Assembly (NCBI RefSeq): GCF_040938485.1
Contig: NW_027272928.1
Span: 62,001-126,000, forward strand
DNA length: 64,000 nt
Reading direction: 5' to 3'
Source of the DNA: Diadema antillarum
Lineage: Eukaryota
Below are positions 62,333 through 64,000 of this stretch, one piece after another. The notes under the pieces were generated by a model. The model was not told the origin of the DNA, ran no database searches, and saw only the letters and a program-made list of their open reading frames with translations. Both the position numbers and the translations under genes were made by a program. Every line of letters starts with the position of its first letter. The stretch's first letter is position 1.

Positions 62333-64000
62333 TTAACGTTATTTTGATGTAAAAAAATAGCCTACTTACATGACGTGTGAAATGGTTACCTTTCATATGC
62401 CAGACTATTTGTGCTGAAAACAACAAATTAAAAGAAACAATATATATGTAATTGATTGGTTACTCATCATCCTGCAGTTCTTAAGCTTTGGGTTATTTTT
62501 TCTTCCGATTCTATGCGCTAAAATGCAGTTTTCAACTATATGTGGTATGTTGGATGATTCATGTGCAATCAACCTTGCCTATAAGTCGAATCTATTTGGA
62601 CTTGGTATAGTATCGACTCAGAGATAATTCGACTTATGAGGTATTAAAATCAATAGAATATGAAGAGAAAATGACTTGAAAACACCTTTGACTTATGCGA
62701 GGTTGACTGTAGTTGGGTTCAAATGGATGAAGAAACACTCAAGCATGCAAAAAGTTGTGAACATTTTCGCCGTCACTCTCAACTGTATTATGAGCAAGTA
62801 GATCACAGCGCTATAGTAAACCTATCATACCGAAGTATTTGTTTGTTTTTCCGTTCACTGCTGTCTAGACGGAAAAATGTTAGAATGCTGTATCCAGTGG
62901 CTCTTTTGAAGTATTGAGAATTCATCTTCAATACCAATTTCACCATAGCGTAATTTGATCACTGCAATGGTATAGCAATAAAGTTACGGTCCATCGACAT
63001 TAATATCCACTTAATATTTCATTACATAGATGCAGTGACTTTGGTAGTGATGATACATTTTAGTCGTAATGTTTTGAAGAAAATGATGCAAAGCATTGTC
63101 ATGGCCCCACTATTTATCCGTGCATTGGCAGCATTCTGAGTGTAGAAACGTGATTATGAGCAATCCAAGCGGAACTCCGCCTCAGTCAATGACCCGGCGC
63201 TTCCTATTATCAGCTCGTATGGAAGTCACGGAAAATGTGTGGGATTTTGCGAACTGCTGCAGGCAATGAGTGATGGGGAAAATAAAACTCTTAGAGACAG
63301 TTTTTAGCCTTTCCTATATAGAAATGCAAATTTTGTTTGCAGACTTAAAGGAAAGATGAAACGTAAATAAGCATAAATTGGTTAGTGAACACCATGCATG
63401 TATCGGCAAATCAAAACAATACGGATACATAATTATTATATTGCCGTGTAATACACGTATTGGCAAATCAAACATTTAGTGAATTTTGATCGCAGTCCAG
63501 CAAGTAAAGAGATAACTGATAAAAGGATGAATATTTTGATGGTAATAAATGAGATGAAAAAATTCATTTCAGTGCGGTGTCTTATTGTGAAGTAGAAACA
63601 ATAGAGTTCTTTCTGTATTAAAAAATACGACATGATTGCGATTACCCAGGCGACATGAGAGTCTCTTGACCGACACGGCTACTTCCCAAGTATCCACTTT
63701 ATGTCCTATGATGGAACCTAACAGTATTCCAATGCCCCAAATTTCACTGAACTGCTAGCTTTTATTCACTTTTTCATGCGCGAAGCTCTAATGAAAGTGC
63801 AGAAGACAATAAAATTTGATTTTTCATACCCCCCCCCCCAACTCAAGGCATCGTAATGTTTTCTTCTTCACAATAATTTGTATGCAGGCCGCTGCTCCTC
63901 CTTAGCTATGGCACGGAAGATGAATGAAACGCGGAGAAACTTCCGCAGGCATAACAGTGATAAACTGGTTATTTTGTTTCTATTCAGAATCAGGCTTTGC

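Overview
This is eukaryotic genomic DNA from an invertebrate. An echinoderm or sea urchin origin is inferred from the repeat types and the CpG pattern, not proven. The only protein-coding gene I can support is the 5' part of a TALPID3/KIAA0586 ortholog on the + strand. It has 8 frame-consistent GT-AG exons from 1965 to 10520 (about 640 codons), carrying motifs I recognise from human TALPID3: AAAAAAVAATVPLLK-TQSDLESK, LEHLEQLQ, SPLDTPAPRRHAPVP and LLEEIL. I found none of the downstream conserved coding region in the remaining ~50 kb. CpG is strongly depleted up to ~17.1 kb and abundant after it. The rest of the window is non-coding. It holds many non-autonomous DNA transposons (Kolobok-, PIF/Harbinger-, piggyBac-, Merlin- and Tc1/mariner-like), a Helentron-type element carrying a 148/158-bp satellite array rich in DR1 motifs, one degenerate tRNA-like gene and microsatellites. 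There is no CRISPR array, rRNA or intact transposase, and almost all ORF-track entries beyond 11 kb look like noise. I found no demonstrably new biological system. The best leads are the apparently interrupted TALPID3 gene, the CpG boundary, candidate antisense and cassette exons or microexons, and the satellite-carrying Helentron derivative.
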